Shown here piece after piece: positions 16,908 to 26,512 of a DNA stretch of 36,226 nucleotides. The position numbers and the translations under genes were made by a program. Every line of letters begins with the position of its first letter. The stretch's first letter is position 1. Below the pieces are notes generated by a model, which saw only the letters and a list, made by a program, of their open reading frames with translations, was not told where the DNA came from and did no database searches. This DNA is from Thermoplasmata archaeon (lineage in GTDB: Archaea > Thermoplasmatota > Thermoplasmata > Thermoplasmatales > GCA-001856825): NCBI GenBank assembly GCA_021831005.1, contig JAKBNO010000052.1:1-36226 (forward strand), in the 5' to 3' direction.

Positions 16908-17798
16908 TCAGTTGCCAGTTTTCCAGCCTTTCGGGTAGACGCCTCTGTCTATAAGCACGACAGAAGGCTTCACGACTTCTCCCTCCCTGGTTCCCATTCC
17001 GAGGAGCTCTCCCCTGGGACTCATTATCCTGAGTGTCTTTCCCTCTCCCATGTCTTCTATGATCCCCTTCCTGAAAATACTCGCCCCATGGGCCATGGCA
17101 TCTATGGCACTCTCCTTCAGTATTATTCTTGGGTAGTCCTTTGTGACCTGCTCCGGATCGATGAGCATGCTCGAGAGCAGCTTCTCGTCACCGTCCTTGT
17201 AAAGTGTGTATGCGTCCTTGAGTTTATGCAGTGTCGATAGGTTGGATTCGTCCAGGGGTCCGCTGCGTGTCCTTCTGAGCTCGACCATGTTCCCGCCAAC
17301 CAGGAGCGCATCTCCCATATCCCTGCAGAGCGTCCTGATGTAGACGCCTGATTCAACGTCTGCATTGAAAAGGACATGTCTCTCTTTCATTTCCATTAAT
17401 TTGAGTGAATATATCATCCTCTTTCTGAGGTTCCTTGCGACCGCCGATCTGAGCGGTGGAAATTGAAAAATCTCCCCCGTGAATTCCTTCAGCACGTCCT
17501 CGACCCTCATCCTGTCCACAGCCTTGTGAAGCAGCATTAGCGTGACGTACTCCTTGCCCTGTTCGTGCAGGAAATCTGCCAGTCTCGTTGCTTTTTCCAA
17601 TCCCACGGGTAATACGCCCGTCACGTTTGGGTCCAGAGTACCCACGTGACCCGCTTTTGAGATCCCCAGAATTTCCTTGACCCACGCAGACACCTGATGT
17701 GAGGTGGGGCCGCGCGGCTTGTCCAGCACGACGAAACCGAAGTTTATACGCTCTTCTATCGATCTTTCACGTGGTTCCTTGCCGAATACTGAGACCAG
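16908..17798 (-). CDS. cbf5: Pseudouridine synthase Cbf5/TruB, probable CTG start
   Basis: LDKPRGPTSHQV, GHVGTLDPNVTGVL, PPLRSAV, GVYIRTLC, ELRRTRSG, PUA-like C-terminus; frame extends 23 codons upstream of the track start to a CTG 6 nt after GGAGGTGA. Confidence 0.9.
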   Translation of the reverse strand: MVSVFGKEPRERSIEERINFGFVVLDKPRGPTSHQVSAWVKEILGISKAGHVGTLDPNVTGVLPVGLEKATRLADFLHEQGKEYVTLMLLHKAVDRMRVEDVLKEFTGEIFQFPPLRSAVARNLRKRMIYSLKLMEMKERHVLFNADVESGVYIRTLCRDMGDALLVGGNMVELRRTRSGPLDESNLSTLHKLKDAYTLYKDGDEKLLSSMLIDPEQVTKDYPRIILKESAIDAMAHGASIFRKGIIEDMGEGKTLRIMSPRGELLGMGTREGEVVKPSVVLIDRGVYPKGWKTGN

Positions 17799-18321
17799 AG
17801 ATTATCACCTCCGCGATTTTTTCTGCTCCTTCTGAACTTGCATCCACAACTAGATCATATATCGATGTGTCCCTGAAATCTATTCCATAGTATTTCTTGT
17901 AGCGAGCCCACTCGCTCTCTTCCCTTTCTCTTATCTGATAGAGCAGGTTGTCTCCCTTCTCTTCTTCCCTGTAATGTATGGAATTCCTGATCCTCTGGAG
18001 ACGCACATCCTCCCTTGCATCTACGAAAACCTTGAAGGCCTCTATACCATTCATATGACACAGCCATCCTGAGAGTCTCGACTCAACGATTACATTGGAT
18101 TTCGCTCTCAGAACGTCCAGAAGATATGAGTCTAGCACCCTATCGTAGCTGCCCTCTTTCTCGGCCGTTGTTCCCAGTTCTGCGAGTGAAATTTTCATTT
18201 CTTTTGCCTTTTCCCTGAAAATCTTTCCACCGGTGACGAGTTCATAGGACAACCTGTTGCTGACAATTTCTGCAACAGTCGTCTTACCGCTGCCCGGTGG
18301 ACCCGATATAGTTACCCTCAT
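17767..18321 (-). CDS. cmk: Cytidylate kinase, archaeal type
   Basis: ISGPPGSGKTT P-loop, ESRLSGW, RYKKYYGID; conserved position. Confidence 0.92.
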   Translation of the reverse strand: MRVTISGPPGSGKTTVAEIVSNRLSYELVTGGKIFREKAKEMKISLAELGTTAEKEGSYDRVLDSYLLDVLRAKSNVIVESRLSGWLCHMNGIEAFKVFVDAREDVRLQRIRNSIHYREEEKGDNLLYQIREREESEWARYKKYYGIDFRDTSIYDLVVDASSEGAEKIAEVIISGLSIRQGTT

Positions 18322-18997
18322 TCCTAACTCTCCGTCTCATGTACCATAGTTTAAGCGAGTACTGCAACGGGTATGTGAATATTAATGAAAACAGCGAGTA
18401 CAGTCCTATCCATATGTAGAATCCGAAATAGCGCGTCATGAGGTCTCCCTGACCGAACGGTGAATTGATCGCTGTGAAATCGAGTTTCTGGACCTGGTAC
18501 ATGAATCCTATCAACCACGCGAAGATCAGCACCGTGAGTATCAGTGTCACGAAAGTTGGCTTCATCTGCTGCTGCGTCAACTTCATCGAGTCCTGCATTG
18601 ACCTGGACTGCTCGGCTCTGACTGAATCCATTTCAGCCTTGTCCCTTGACCTTATTGCTTCCCTATATCTCCCCTGGAGTTTCTTGTTCTTGTGCTGCAT
18701 TTCTGCCATACCGAAATAATCGGTGAAGAAATGTCTTGCAATCGTGTTCACAAATCCGGTCAGGAGAGCTGCCCCCAGGATTGTGAATAGCGGACGAGTG
18801 TAGTCGAACCCTATGACCGGCTGAAGGATGTACGTCATGGGTATCGAGAACAATTCCCTCAGAGTCGGGACGGTATAAACGAACAGGAGAAGGATCATTA
18901 CCAGGAAATAGAGCATCTGCGTCCTCATCGAAGAGGACATGGCCTGCTGCTGTTCCCTGGTCTGAGGTGTTGGTGGAGATCGCTGTCTCTGACTCAT
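18284..18997 (-). CDS. DUF106/EMC3/TMCO1 family (Oxa1 superfamily) membrane protein
   Basis: TM, coiled coil, QMKPTFVT, then WIGLYSLFS; located between adk and cmk as in other archaea. Confidence 0.85.
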   Translation of the reverse strand: MSQRQRSPPTPQTREQQQAMSSSMRTQMLYFLVMILLLFVYTVPTLRELFSIPMTYILQPVIGFDYTRPLFTILGAALLTGFVNTIARHFFTDYFGMAEMQHKNKKLQGRYREAIRSRDKAEMDSVRAEQSRSMQDSMKLTQQQMKPTFVTLILTVLIFAWLIGFMYQVQKLDFTAINSPFGQGDLMTRYFGFYIWIGLYSLFSLIFTYPLQYSLKLWYMRRRVRNEGNYIGSTGQR

Positions 18998-19557
18998 TGC
19001 CCACCTCCATCGTTCGATCTTATTACGGAGATTATCTTAAAAGAAGCCTCTTTTACCTTTCCGTTCTCGTTCATTACGACCAGCAGTGGAGAGCCTGTCA
19101 TGGCAGAATAAGTTATCCCGTATTCCCTGTTGGCCTCCATGTGAGACCTAATCTTCTCGAGGGAGTCCTTGTCCCTTTTCCTTCTCGGATCGTTCTTTCT
19201 CCTTTCAAATATCTCGAGCGGGTCCGCTTCTATTGATATGAAAAGGTCCGGATGTAGTGTATCGAGTACGTTGACTGGCAACCCAGGGAGGTACCCTCCC
19301 TCGGTGTTGACTGAGAAGTGAGTGTCGATGATGACATCCTTGAACTGCGCGAGTTTCTCCGCTGCAAGCGCCTGTATCTCCTTCTGCTTCACCACCGGAA
19401 GTTTTCTCAACTCGTCCCTACTCTTTGCATAATCCCGGACAATGGCTTCCTTGAGCATTGCGTCCCCGTAGTTTTCCACCCTGAACCCATCCTTCAAGAG
19501 TTCTTCGAGGACTGTGGTCTTTCCTACCCCGGGAATCCCCCCTATTATCACTTTCAT
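18994..19557 (-). CDS. adkA: Adenylate kinase, archaeal type
   Basis: GIPGVGKTT, RDELRKL, IIDTH, GYLPGLP. Confidence 0.94.
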   Translation of the reverse strand: MKVIIGGIPGVGKTTVLEELLKDGFRVENYGDAMLKEAIVRDYAKSRDELRKLPVVKQKEIQALAAEKLAQFKDVIIDTHFSVNTEGGYLPGLPVNVLDTLHPDLFISIEADPLEIFERRKNDPRRKRDKDSLEKIRSHMEANREYGITYSAMTGSPLLVVMNENGKVKEASFKIISVIRSNDGGGQ

Positions 19558-19562
19558 CTGCT

Positions 19563-21320
19563 CTACAATCCTCCAAAGAAGTCTCTCATGAAAGGATACA
19601 TTTCTGTCATCTGCTCCTTGCCCATCGCTTGGTATAGCTGAATGACAATACCCACAGTCAGCAACACACCAGTTCCTGAGGCATTACCAACCGTGCCGAT
19701 GAGGTCTGCTCCAGCAGCAAGTGCTCCTACTGCAGCACCACTGAAGACTGTGATTGCAGGTATGTATTTGTCCAGGACCCTCTTTAGGACCCTCGGGTCC
19801 CTTCTGAATCCGGGGATCTGCATCCCAGAGCTTTGAATCTGTCTCGCGACACCTTCAGAGTTCATGTTGGTCGTCTCAATCCAGAACTTCGCGAACATTA
19901 CAGATGCTCCGACCATGAAAGTGACATAAGCCAGCACATGGACGCTCATCTCCCAAGGGGGATGGCTGAGCAGTTGTGTCTGGTACACCGAAGGCTGTAA
20001 TATCGGGAAGAGCCAGTTGGCTATCCCGTTCGGATTTGCAAGGTACCACGCCAGTCCACCGATAGGAGTCGTCTGCTGTATGTTCAGCTGGGTGGCTAGC
20101 GATGACGATGGATATGCACCAAGCAACCAGTTGTGTCCAAATATCGGAACGTGGGCGAGTGTAGGATTTGTCCAGAACAGCAGTGTCCACATAGATAGGT
20201 TAGCAAGAACCGCTGCTGCGAGTATGACTGGTATGTTGGATGCGTACATCAGCTGTATCGGATATCTTCCCCTCGCACCTCTGGCCCTCTCGTGAGCCAG
20301 CGGCAGTTCCACCTTGACCGTTTGTGCCCAAACCACCAGGAAGAAAATGAATATAGTTCCCACTAGCGCGATCAGTGGATTCGGAGGCGAAAACAGAATC
20401 CTCTCTAGTCCACCCGAGAACAGCGAGGCAGCGCTGTAATGGCCCAGGAGAAAGAATGTCTTGGGAAGCGCCCCACTTGGTGGATTGAGTACCGACAACG
20501 CAGAAGATGTGCTGACCGGCACCCAGTTCAGGGTACCGAGAATCAGTGCCTGCGAAACTCCTGCTGCGATGAAGAGTGAAACTCCAGAGCCTATTCCCCA
20601 CTTGGATACAAGCTCATCCATGAAGAACAGCAAGTACGAGCCCATGAATATCTGCAGGATTATGGCCATTCTGGCAAGCAGCAGTCCATATCCTGGTACG
20701 GCAGCATTCAGCCCCGAAATGAGTATCGGATCTGGTGGGAGGTAACCGAATACCTGAGGTACTGCCTCCACGAATATCATTATGATCACCAGGAGTTTCT
20801 GTGCTCCCTGGTAGAGGGCTTTGTCCTCTCCCTTCGTAAGGTCTATGTTGATGATCTTCGCTCCGGAGAACAGTTGCATGATGATGCTGGCCGTAACGAT
20901 TGGACCTATTCCGAGGTCCATTATTGAACCGGCCTGACCTGCGAATATGGTACGGAACTGGGCGAACACGTCGATTATCTGCGACTTGTCCAGTCCGTAC
21001 ACGAATACGTTCGACAGTACAAAATAAATTATCAGAACCAGTGCAGTCCAGAGGAACTTCTCCTTGAACCTGACGTGCCTTCCCGGTCTCTTGACCGCGG
21101 GAAGTCTCTCGACGAGGTTCTTCCAGCCGTACAGCTTGGAACCCTCGCCGGTGTAAGATAGAAGAAGATACGCAAGATAGTAGAGTGGTGATAGGAAGAG
21201 TGAGATTATGACCGTGTACGGTATGTTGTAATGTGCGTACCTGTAGTCTATGTACACATTAGCGGCGAATACGAGAATCAGAGGTATGGAAACTAATCTA
21301 TTCCTCTTTATCTCCGCCAT
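19563..21320 (-). CDS. secY: Preprotein translocase subunit SecY with N-terminal extension
   Basis: LGIGPIVTASII, DELVSKWGIGSGVSLFI, YPIQLMYASNIPVIL, QIPGFRRDP, GTGVLLTVGI. Confidence 0.96.
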   Translation of the reverse strand: MAEIKRNRLVSIPLILVFAANVYIDYRYAHYNIPYTVIISLFLSPLYYLAYLLLSYTGEGSKLYGWKNLVERLPAVKRPGRHVRFKEKFLWTALVLIIYFVLSNVFVYGLDKSQIIDVFAQFRTIFAGQAGSIMDLGIGPIVTASIIMQLFSGAKIINIDLTKGEDKALYQGAQKLLVIIMIFVEAVPQVFGYLPPDPILISGLNAAVPGYGLLLARMAIILQIFMGSYLLFFMDELVSKWGIGSGVSLFIAAGVSQALILGTLNWVPVSTSSALSVLNPPSGALPKTFFLLGHYSAASLFSGGLERILFSPPNPLIALVGTIFIFFLVVWAQTVKVELPLAHERARGARGRYPIQLMYASNIPVILAAAVLANLSMWTLLFWTNPTLAHVPIFGHNWLLGAYPSSSLATQLNIQQTTPIGGLAWYLANPNGIANWLFPILQPSVYQTQLLSHPPWEMSVHVLAYVTFMVGASVMFAKFWIETTNMNSEGVARQIQSSGMQIPGFRRDPRVLKRVLDKYIPAITVFSGAAVGALAAGADLIGTVGNASGTGVLLTVGIVIQLYQAMGKEQMTEMYPFMRDFFGGL

Positions 21321-21738
21321 TAGTTTCTACCTCTCCCCCTGCATTCTTGACTTTTTCAATTGCTTTCTCAGTTGCCTTTCCCACCTTGATTATGAACGGT
21401 CTTCCGACCTGACCTCCACCCAGAAGCACTCCGTATCCCATCTTCCCCAGGTCTACCCTGATCTTGTCTTCTTCAACCAGTGCCATCCCGGTTTCCACCA
21501 GCTTCTCTGAAGTCCTGTCGATGTCTCCGATGTTGATCGCCTTGACGTCGACCATCTGTGCGTGTCTGGTAAATCCGTGGACTCCGTAGTGGTCAGGCAT
21601 GTATACCTGCATCCAGATCCACCTGTGCTTTCCAAGACCTGCCATTCCTTTTCCTCCTCTCTTTCCCTTTCCTCTACCGGCCTTGTGTCCCCGACCGTAA
21701 GCTCCACCTCTCAACTTCTTAGTTTTCTCCCTTACCAC
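21298..21738 (-). CDS. rpl15: 50S ribosomal protein uL15
   Basis: RGGKGMAG, YGVHGF, LLGGG, AIEKVKNAGG. Confidence 0.93.
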   Translation of the reverse strand: MVREKTKKLRGGAYGRGHKAGRGKGKRGGKGMAGLGKHRWIWMQVYMPDHYGVHGFTRHAQMVDVKAINIGDIDRTSEKLVETGMALVEEDKIRVDLGKMGYGVLLGGGQVGRPFIIKVGKATEKAIEKVKNAGGEVETNGGDKEE

Positions 21739-22201
21739 TCTTACCACCTTCCAGCATTGCGTCTATGAGTTTGTTTATGTCCTTCCCTCTGTATCCCAGG
21801 GCACCCTTCATTTTGTACGTCCTCCTCGTGGAATGATATCCCTTCCTCGGTGGATTCATCCTGAATACAGGCTTCAAACCCTCTATGTCGTTCACCTTCA
21901 TGCTTCCGTCCAGAAGCTTTGTCGCCATTTCCTTGATCGTCCCGAAACCAAGTTCCTTTATAGCTTCTTCCCCCAATGGTTTGTTTCCGACGATCCTTCC
22001 CTTCTCCTCGAGCAATTTGATCAGGTGTTCCTCGTCAATCTCCCCCCAGGTGACGTAGTCCTTCGCCTTCTTCAACTGTCCAAGCTGTGACTCATCAACG
22101 AGGACTAGGTGATTGTTCTTGGTTAGCCTCATCTGTTGGAATGATTTCTTGATCCTGGGATCTGTTTTATTGCTTCCTCTGACTTTTATCACTGCTAACA
22201 T
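21719..22201 (-). CDS. rpl30: 50S ribosomal protein uL30
   Basis: [30 protein letters not shown]. Confidence 0.94.
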   Translation of the reverse strand: MLAVIKVRGSNKTDPRIKKSFQQMRLTKNNHLVLVDESQLGQLKKAKDYVTWGEIDEEHLIKLLEEKGRIVGNKPLGEEAIKELGFGTIKEMATKLLDGSMKVNDIEGLKPVFRMNPPRKGYHSTRRTYKMKGALGYRGKDINKLIDAMLEGGKSGKGEN

Positions 22202-22853
22202 TCATCACACCTCCCTTGTATATCGGTGTACTAAGATTCAGTTTTTCATTTATCTTGAATTTAGCCGTCTCCTTGAGTGCGTTGAAGGTCGCGAATGCAA
22301 AGTTGACTGTGCTCTTGGTGTGTCCCTCGGAGAACCCCCAGGTATCCTGTATCCCTGCAATCGTAAGCACCTTCTTCGGTATGTCTCCGATTGCGAGTCC
22401 GACGCCCTGTGGAGCAGGTTTCAGGTAGACCCTAACGGACCCGGACTTACCCATCACTCTGAACGGTAGTGTGTGGCTCCTTCCGCATCCGCATTCCCAC
22501 GAACCGCATCCTCTCTTGATCTCGATGAGGTTGATCTTCGCGTTTACTATTGCCTTCTCGATTGCGTCCCCGGTTTCCCTTGCCTTGCCGTGTCCCATTC
22601 CGACATAGCCGTCCTTGTTCCCGATAACGACCGTCGCGGCAAACTTCACCTTCCTTCCAGAGTCCGACATCTTCTGGACCATCTTTATCTCGATGACCTC
22701 GTCCTCGAGATTGGGCAAGAGCGTGTCAACGATTCCCGATTCCCTAATGGGCATACGGGTGCCGAGGACCTCTGATATAGATTTGATCTTGCCTTCTTTG
22801 ACCATCTTGCCGAGCCTCGTTCTTGGTACCCATTCAACTTCATCTTTTGTCAC
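22167..22853 (-). CDS. rps5: 30S ribosomal protein uS5
   Basis: [26 protein letters not shown]. Confidence 0.95.
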   Translation of the reverse strand: MTKDEVEWVPRTRLGKMVKEGKIKSISEVLGTRMPIRESGIVDTLLPNLEDEVIEIKMVQKMSDSGRKVKFAATVVIGNKDGYVGMGHGKARETGDAIEKAIVNAKINLIEIKRGCGSWECGCGRSHTLPFRVMGKSGSVRVYLKPAPQGVGLAIGDIPKKVLTIAGIQDTWGFSEGHTKSTVNFAFATFNALKETAKFKINEKLNLSTPIYKGGVMNVSSDKSQRKQ

Positions 22854-23356
22854 TGTGATTCCTCCATCGCTTTCTTAACCTGTTCGATCGAATTCTCTTG
22901 AACGGTCTTGAGATGCTTCCCCGCGAGCCTGTCCTTGTGGGGCAGGAATTTCTTGCTGACAGGAACTTTCAGACCGGAATCTAGCATTCCCTGCACGCTC
23001 GCCATGAGCTTGTTCCCCTTGATGACCTTCTGTCTTCCAAGGTCTACCACGACGTGCTTTATTCCCTTCTTCTTTGCCCTGATACCCACCAGGTAACCCG
23101 CGAGGTAGGAGGCTGGCATGTTCCCTGTAGGGCTCGTCCATCCGAACTTCTTCAGTTCTACGGTGGAACCGTGCGCGACGATCCTATCCCCGTTGACTGC
23201 GTACTCAGCAATATCTACCTGCATGTTCTTGAGCGATTTCCTGATGATGGCTCTCGGGGAGTCTGACTTGATGAGTGCCAGTCTCTTCCTGTAGTCCGTC
23301 TTCTGGAGCCTTCTCCTCTTCAGCGGCATAATGTATCTTGAATTCATTTCACTCAC
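22850..23356 (-). CDS. rpl18: 50S ribosomal protein uL18
   Basis: [23 protein letters not shown]; start may be ATG 23347. Confidence 0.94.
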   Translation of the reverse strand: MSEMNSRYIMPLKRRRLQKTDYRKRLALIKSDSPRAIIRKSLKNMQVDIAEYAVNGDRIVAHGSTVELKKFGWTSPTGNMPASYLAGYLVGIRAKKKGIKHVVVDLGRQKVIKGNKLMASVQGMLDSGLKVPVSKKFLPHKDRLAGKHLKTVQENSIEQVKKAMEESQ

Positions 23357-23807
23357 CCTTCAGGGCCCCCTGTTCCCTCATGTGGAGGAGCAGAGCATTC
23401 TTCGTCCTGAACGTTCCTCCCTTGATCTTCTTATAGAAGAGTCTGTAGTCTGACCTAGTTATCTTACCAGAGTCTCTCATTTCCTTGAGAGAGTTCCTCA
23501 TTGCCCGGATGCTCCTGACCCATTTCCTCTTCTTGGGGTCCCTCGCTTTCTTCGTACCCTTCCTTGACCCGGGACCCTTCCTCCTTCCCTTGTTCCTCTG
23601 CGCCTTTGCGACCTTGAACCTTGACCTTGAATTTCCCTTTGAGGGTCTCTTCTGTATCACGTTCCTCTTGATCAGTTTCCTGATGTCGTCCTTGGTGACC
23701 GCTTCCGCGATGTCGTCTACGCTCTTCGTGTCCATCCATACCCGTGACATCCCGGCCTTCATGAGCTGGGCAGCCATCCTCTTCTGTGGACTCAACGTTG
23801 CCATCAT
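23349..23807 (-). CDS. rpl19e: 50S ribosomal protein eL19
   Basis: QKRMAA, KGRRKGPGSRKG, KIKGGTF. Confidence 0.95.
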   Translation of the reverse strand: MMATLSPQKRMAAQLMKAGMSRVWMDTKSVDDIAEAVTKDDIRKLIKRNVIQKRPSKGNSRSRFKVAKAQRNKGRRKGPGSRKGTKKARDPKKRKWVRSIRAMRNSLKEMRDSGKITRSDYRLFYKKIKGGTFRTKNALLLHMREQGALKGE

Positions 23808-24208
23808 TTCACCTCGTTCAGTAGCTTTATTCCAGAGGCCTTTGCCTTCTCCTGGATCACTCTTCTCTTCTTCATCCCGACCTTAGAGCTGATCCTGGCA
23901 GCATCCGTTTTCGGATTTATCTTTTCCAGGTCTGCGAGAGTTGAAACGTAGACCTCCTTGAATCCCGAAGGATGGAGATTCCTGACCTTTACCGGTCCCC
24001 TGTACCCTGACTCGACCCATGCATGCCTGTATCCCTTCTTCTCCCTCAGCTTGGAGTGCTTGCCCCTGGGTCTCCTCCAGGAAGTTCCAAGCTTCTTGTA
24101 TCTGAACCACTCCTGCCTGTGGAATTCCGGCCTCTTCCTGTTCATCTTGTTCCGGATACCCAGCAGTCTCTTTCCCTCATTGTCCATCTCAACCTTCAAC
24201 AACATCAC
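23804..24208 (-). CDS. rpl32e: 50S ribosomal protein eL32
   Basis: WRRPRGKHSKLR, GYRGP, LHPSGF; exact start uncertain (may be ATG 24187). Confidence 0.93.
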   Translation of the reverse strand: MMLLKVEMDNEGKRLLGIRNKMNRKRPEFHRQEWFRYKKLGTSWRRPRGKHSKLREKKGYRHAWVESGYRGPVKVRNLHPSGFKEVYVSTLADLEKINPKTDAARISSKVGMKKRRVIQEKAKASGIKLLNEVK

Positions 24209-24722
24209 CCTTCCTCACAATGTAAATTCCATCCTGGAAAACCCTCGGATCGAATCCCTTGATCTTGCTCATCTTCTCTATCTTTGCAGCCGCATTTCCA
24301 GTGATTTCCAGATCACTGCCCTCCACCGTGACAAGGTCTCCCTTCACAGTGACCTTTGTTTCCGGTCCAAGCGTGACCTTCCTGGGACTCTTCTCACCGA
24401 GGAAGTTGTCAAGGTGTACCTCGTTCCCCTTAACCGTGACCTTCACTGGGAAGTGAGCGTAGACTATTTTCATGGTGTAAATGAACCCCTTTGTCACGCC
24501 CGTGAAGGAGCTGTTTATTATGCTCGCCCATGTCCCGACAACGGCTATGTCCGTCTTCTTCTCCCTCTTCGTGTATATCCTGATCTTCTTTTCTTTCATT
24601 TCGACTGCGACGTATTCGTTCTTGAAAATCTTGTTGACCTTGCCTTTTGGTCCCTGTGCCTCGTAGTTAAACCCTTCGAGTTTCACTTTCACGCCCTGCG
24701 GGACCTCTATAATTCTCTCCAT
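24189..24722 (-). CDS. rpl6: 50S ribosomal protein uL6
   Basis: GPKG, YAHFP, NFLGEK, DPRVFQDGIYI. Confidence 0.95.
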   Translation of the reverse strand: MERIIEVPQGVKVKLEGFNYEAQGPKGKVNKIFKNEYVAVEMKEKKIRIYTKREKKTDIAVVGTWASIINSSFTGVTKGFIYTMKIVYAHFPVKVTVKGNEVHLDNFLGEKSPRKVTLGPETKVTVKGDLVTVEGSDLEITGNAAAKIEKMSKIKGFDPRVFQDGIYIVRKGDVVEG

Positions 24723-24732
24723 TCATATCACC

Positions 24733-25116
24733 TCAGTAGATGAAGGCAAGAGCCCTTCCTCCGGTTCCCTTCTTCTTCGCCTCATTATTGCTCATCACTC
24801 CGGATGTGGTCGAAATAACCAGTATCCCGATATCCTGGGCAGGCAGGTATCTGGACTCCCACCTCTCCAGCTCGTCCCTCTTTATCGAGAACCTCGGCTT
24901 TATCACGCCGCAGTTATTGACCGTCTTCGCAACCTTCACCTTGAATAACCCACCCTTGCCGTTTTCCACGTACTCGTATTCCTCTATGTATCCATACTTC
25001 TGGAATACTCTCAGTACCCTTCCGACCAGGTTGGAGGCTCTGACGTCTAGTTCCTGCCTTCCGAGCCTGGAAGCGTTCTTTATGGAAATCAGTGCATCGT
25101 TTAACGTATCTGCCAT
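24733..25116 (-). CDS. rps8: 30S ribosomal protein uS8
   Basis: LNDALISIKNA, NNCGVIKPRF, STTSGVM. Confidence 0.95.
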   Translation of the reverse strand: MADTLNDALISIKNASRLGRQELDVRASNLVGRVLRVFQKYGYIEEYEYVENGKGGLFKVKVAKTVNNCGVIKPRFSIKRDELERWESRYLPAQDIGILVISTTSGVMSNNEAKKKGTGGRALAFIY

Positions 25117-25125
25117 TCTTTCACC

Positions 25126-25287
25126 TCACGAATATTTCTCGAAACCGAGATCGGGCGCAATCTCCCTGAAGCACTGCCTGCAGAGGTGCAGGTTGTATCT
25201 CCTTACTAGCCCCCTCTTCCTTCCGCATCTCTCGCACCCTTCTTTCCTCCCGTACTTCTTCTTTGGGGCAAGCTTGGTCTGAGCCAA
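25126..25287 (-). CDS. rps14: 30S ribosomal protein uS14, zinc-binding type (not in ORF track)
   Basis: Translated by hand from [56 protein letters not shown]. Confidence 0.95.
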   Translation of the reverse strand: MAQTKLAPKKKYGRKEGCERCGRKRGLVRRYNLHLCRQCFREIAPDLGFEKYS

Positions 25288-25806
25288 TCACCCCACCTCC
25301 AGTATATCAACTTTGTAGTTGTCCTTCATGAACTTCATCATTTCTTCCCTTTTGATCCTGATCTTCTTCGGGACCGGTCTTGGGGTGATCCATCTCCTGG
25401 CCACTCTGTACCCTCCCCTTCTCTTGAAAGTGACGACAACGTCCATCCCGAATATTCCTATTTCGGGGTTGTACTTCTGTCCCTTGAAATCCGTATAGTC
25501 TGCGATGCCGAAACTGTAGCTTCCCTGTTCCGAGAAAGAGTAGCTCAGGCACTTGTTGTTCTTCACCCACAGTGCCTCCTTCAGGAATCTGTCCATCTCT
25601 TCACCCTTCAGTGTTACCTTGACGCCAAGGGGCTGTCCTTCCCTGAATCCGAATTCCCTGCTAGTCCTCCTTGCCTTTGTGATTGTGGGCTTGCCAGTTG
25701 TCAGAAGCTTCAACACGCTCTTTGCCTTCTCCAGTTTCTCCCCTGCCTCCCCGACTCCTATGTTTATTGTGACCTTGTCGATGACGACGTCGGTCATTTC
25801 CACCAT
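25288..25806 (-). CDS. rpl5: 50S ribosomal protein uL5
   Basis: KVTINIGVGEAG, FSFGI-like YSFGI, YNPEIGIFGMD; ATG 25806 follows GGAGGTG. Confidence 0.95.
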   Translation of the reverse strand: MVEMTDVVIDKVTINIGVGEAGEKLEKAKSVLKLLTTGKPTITKARRTSREFGFREGQPLGVKVTLKGEEMDRFLKEALWVKNNKCLSYSFSEQGSYSFGIADYTDFKGQKYNPEIGIFGMDVVVTFKRRGGYRVARRWITPRPVPKKIRIKREEMMKFMKDNYKVDILEVG

Positions 25807-25807
25807 C

Positions 25808-26512
25808 TTAAGCACCTCCGGGTATCGTTATTTCGCCCTTCGATTTCCCTAGGACAAAAACGTTTGACATCGTTGTCGTGAAATTGTCGTTGCTCTCAAC
25901 GGTGTTCTCCTGGTAACTCTTTGAGATATTGATCTCCTTGATCGTTGTGATCGTTCCCTTGTGAGCTCCACCCGTAACATAAACGGATGTCTCTTTTGCC
26001 ATCGGATACACCTCGAGTATCTTCTGCTCTGGGATGCTGATCTTCAAGGTATCTCCCCTCTTCACGCTCTTCTCCTTTGTCAGGAGAACCCTACCATCGT
26101 GGGTTGCTATCTGGATCTTGCCGCCCTTCGCAATCGATTTTCCTGTGACCTTGACGAGTTTCCAGCCGACCTCCTGCTGATTGAGATCGGAGAGCACCAG
26201 AATGCCATGCTTGTCCATTAGGACCCTCTTTGAGACTCCTGCATCCTTTACGGACAGGACGTCCATGAAACCGACTGGTCTCTGGTAGTCCTTGACTATT
26301 CTCCCGTCCACTTCGACCTTCCCTTTCGTGATAATGTTCCTTGCTTCCTTGGCCGTATCTGCAAACTTCAGTACATCCCTTATCATGACCATTAGGGGAA
26401 CGCTCCCCCTCATGGGGTGTGGTCCTGCTTTTGAGCGGACAGACCACGCGAACGCCTTCCTCGGCTGCTTCCACGTCACTGGTGAAGCAATTCTCTTGAT
26501 GTGCTTACTCAT
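25808..26512 (-). CDS. rps4e: 30S ribosomal protein eS4
   Basis: HIKRIASP, AGPHP, VDGRIVKDY..PVGFMDV, THDGR. Confidence 0.95.
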   Translation of the reverse strand: MSKHIKRIASPVTWKQPRKAFAWSVRSKAGPHPMRGSVPLMVMIRDVLKFADTAKEARNIITKGKVEVDGRIVKDYQRPVGFMDVLSVKDAGVSKRVLMDKHGILVLSDLNQQEVGWKLVKVTGKSIAKGGKIQIATHDGRVLLTKEKSVKRGDTLKISIPEQKILEVYPMAKETSVYVTGGAHKGTITTIKEINISKSYQENTVESNDNFTTTMSNVFVLGKSKGEITIPGGA

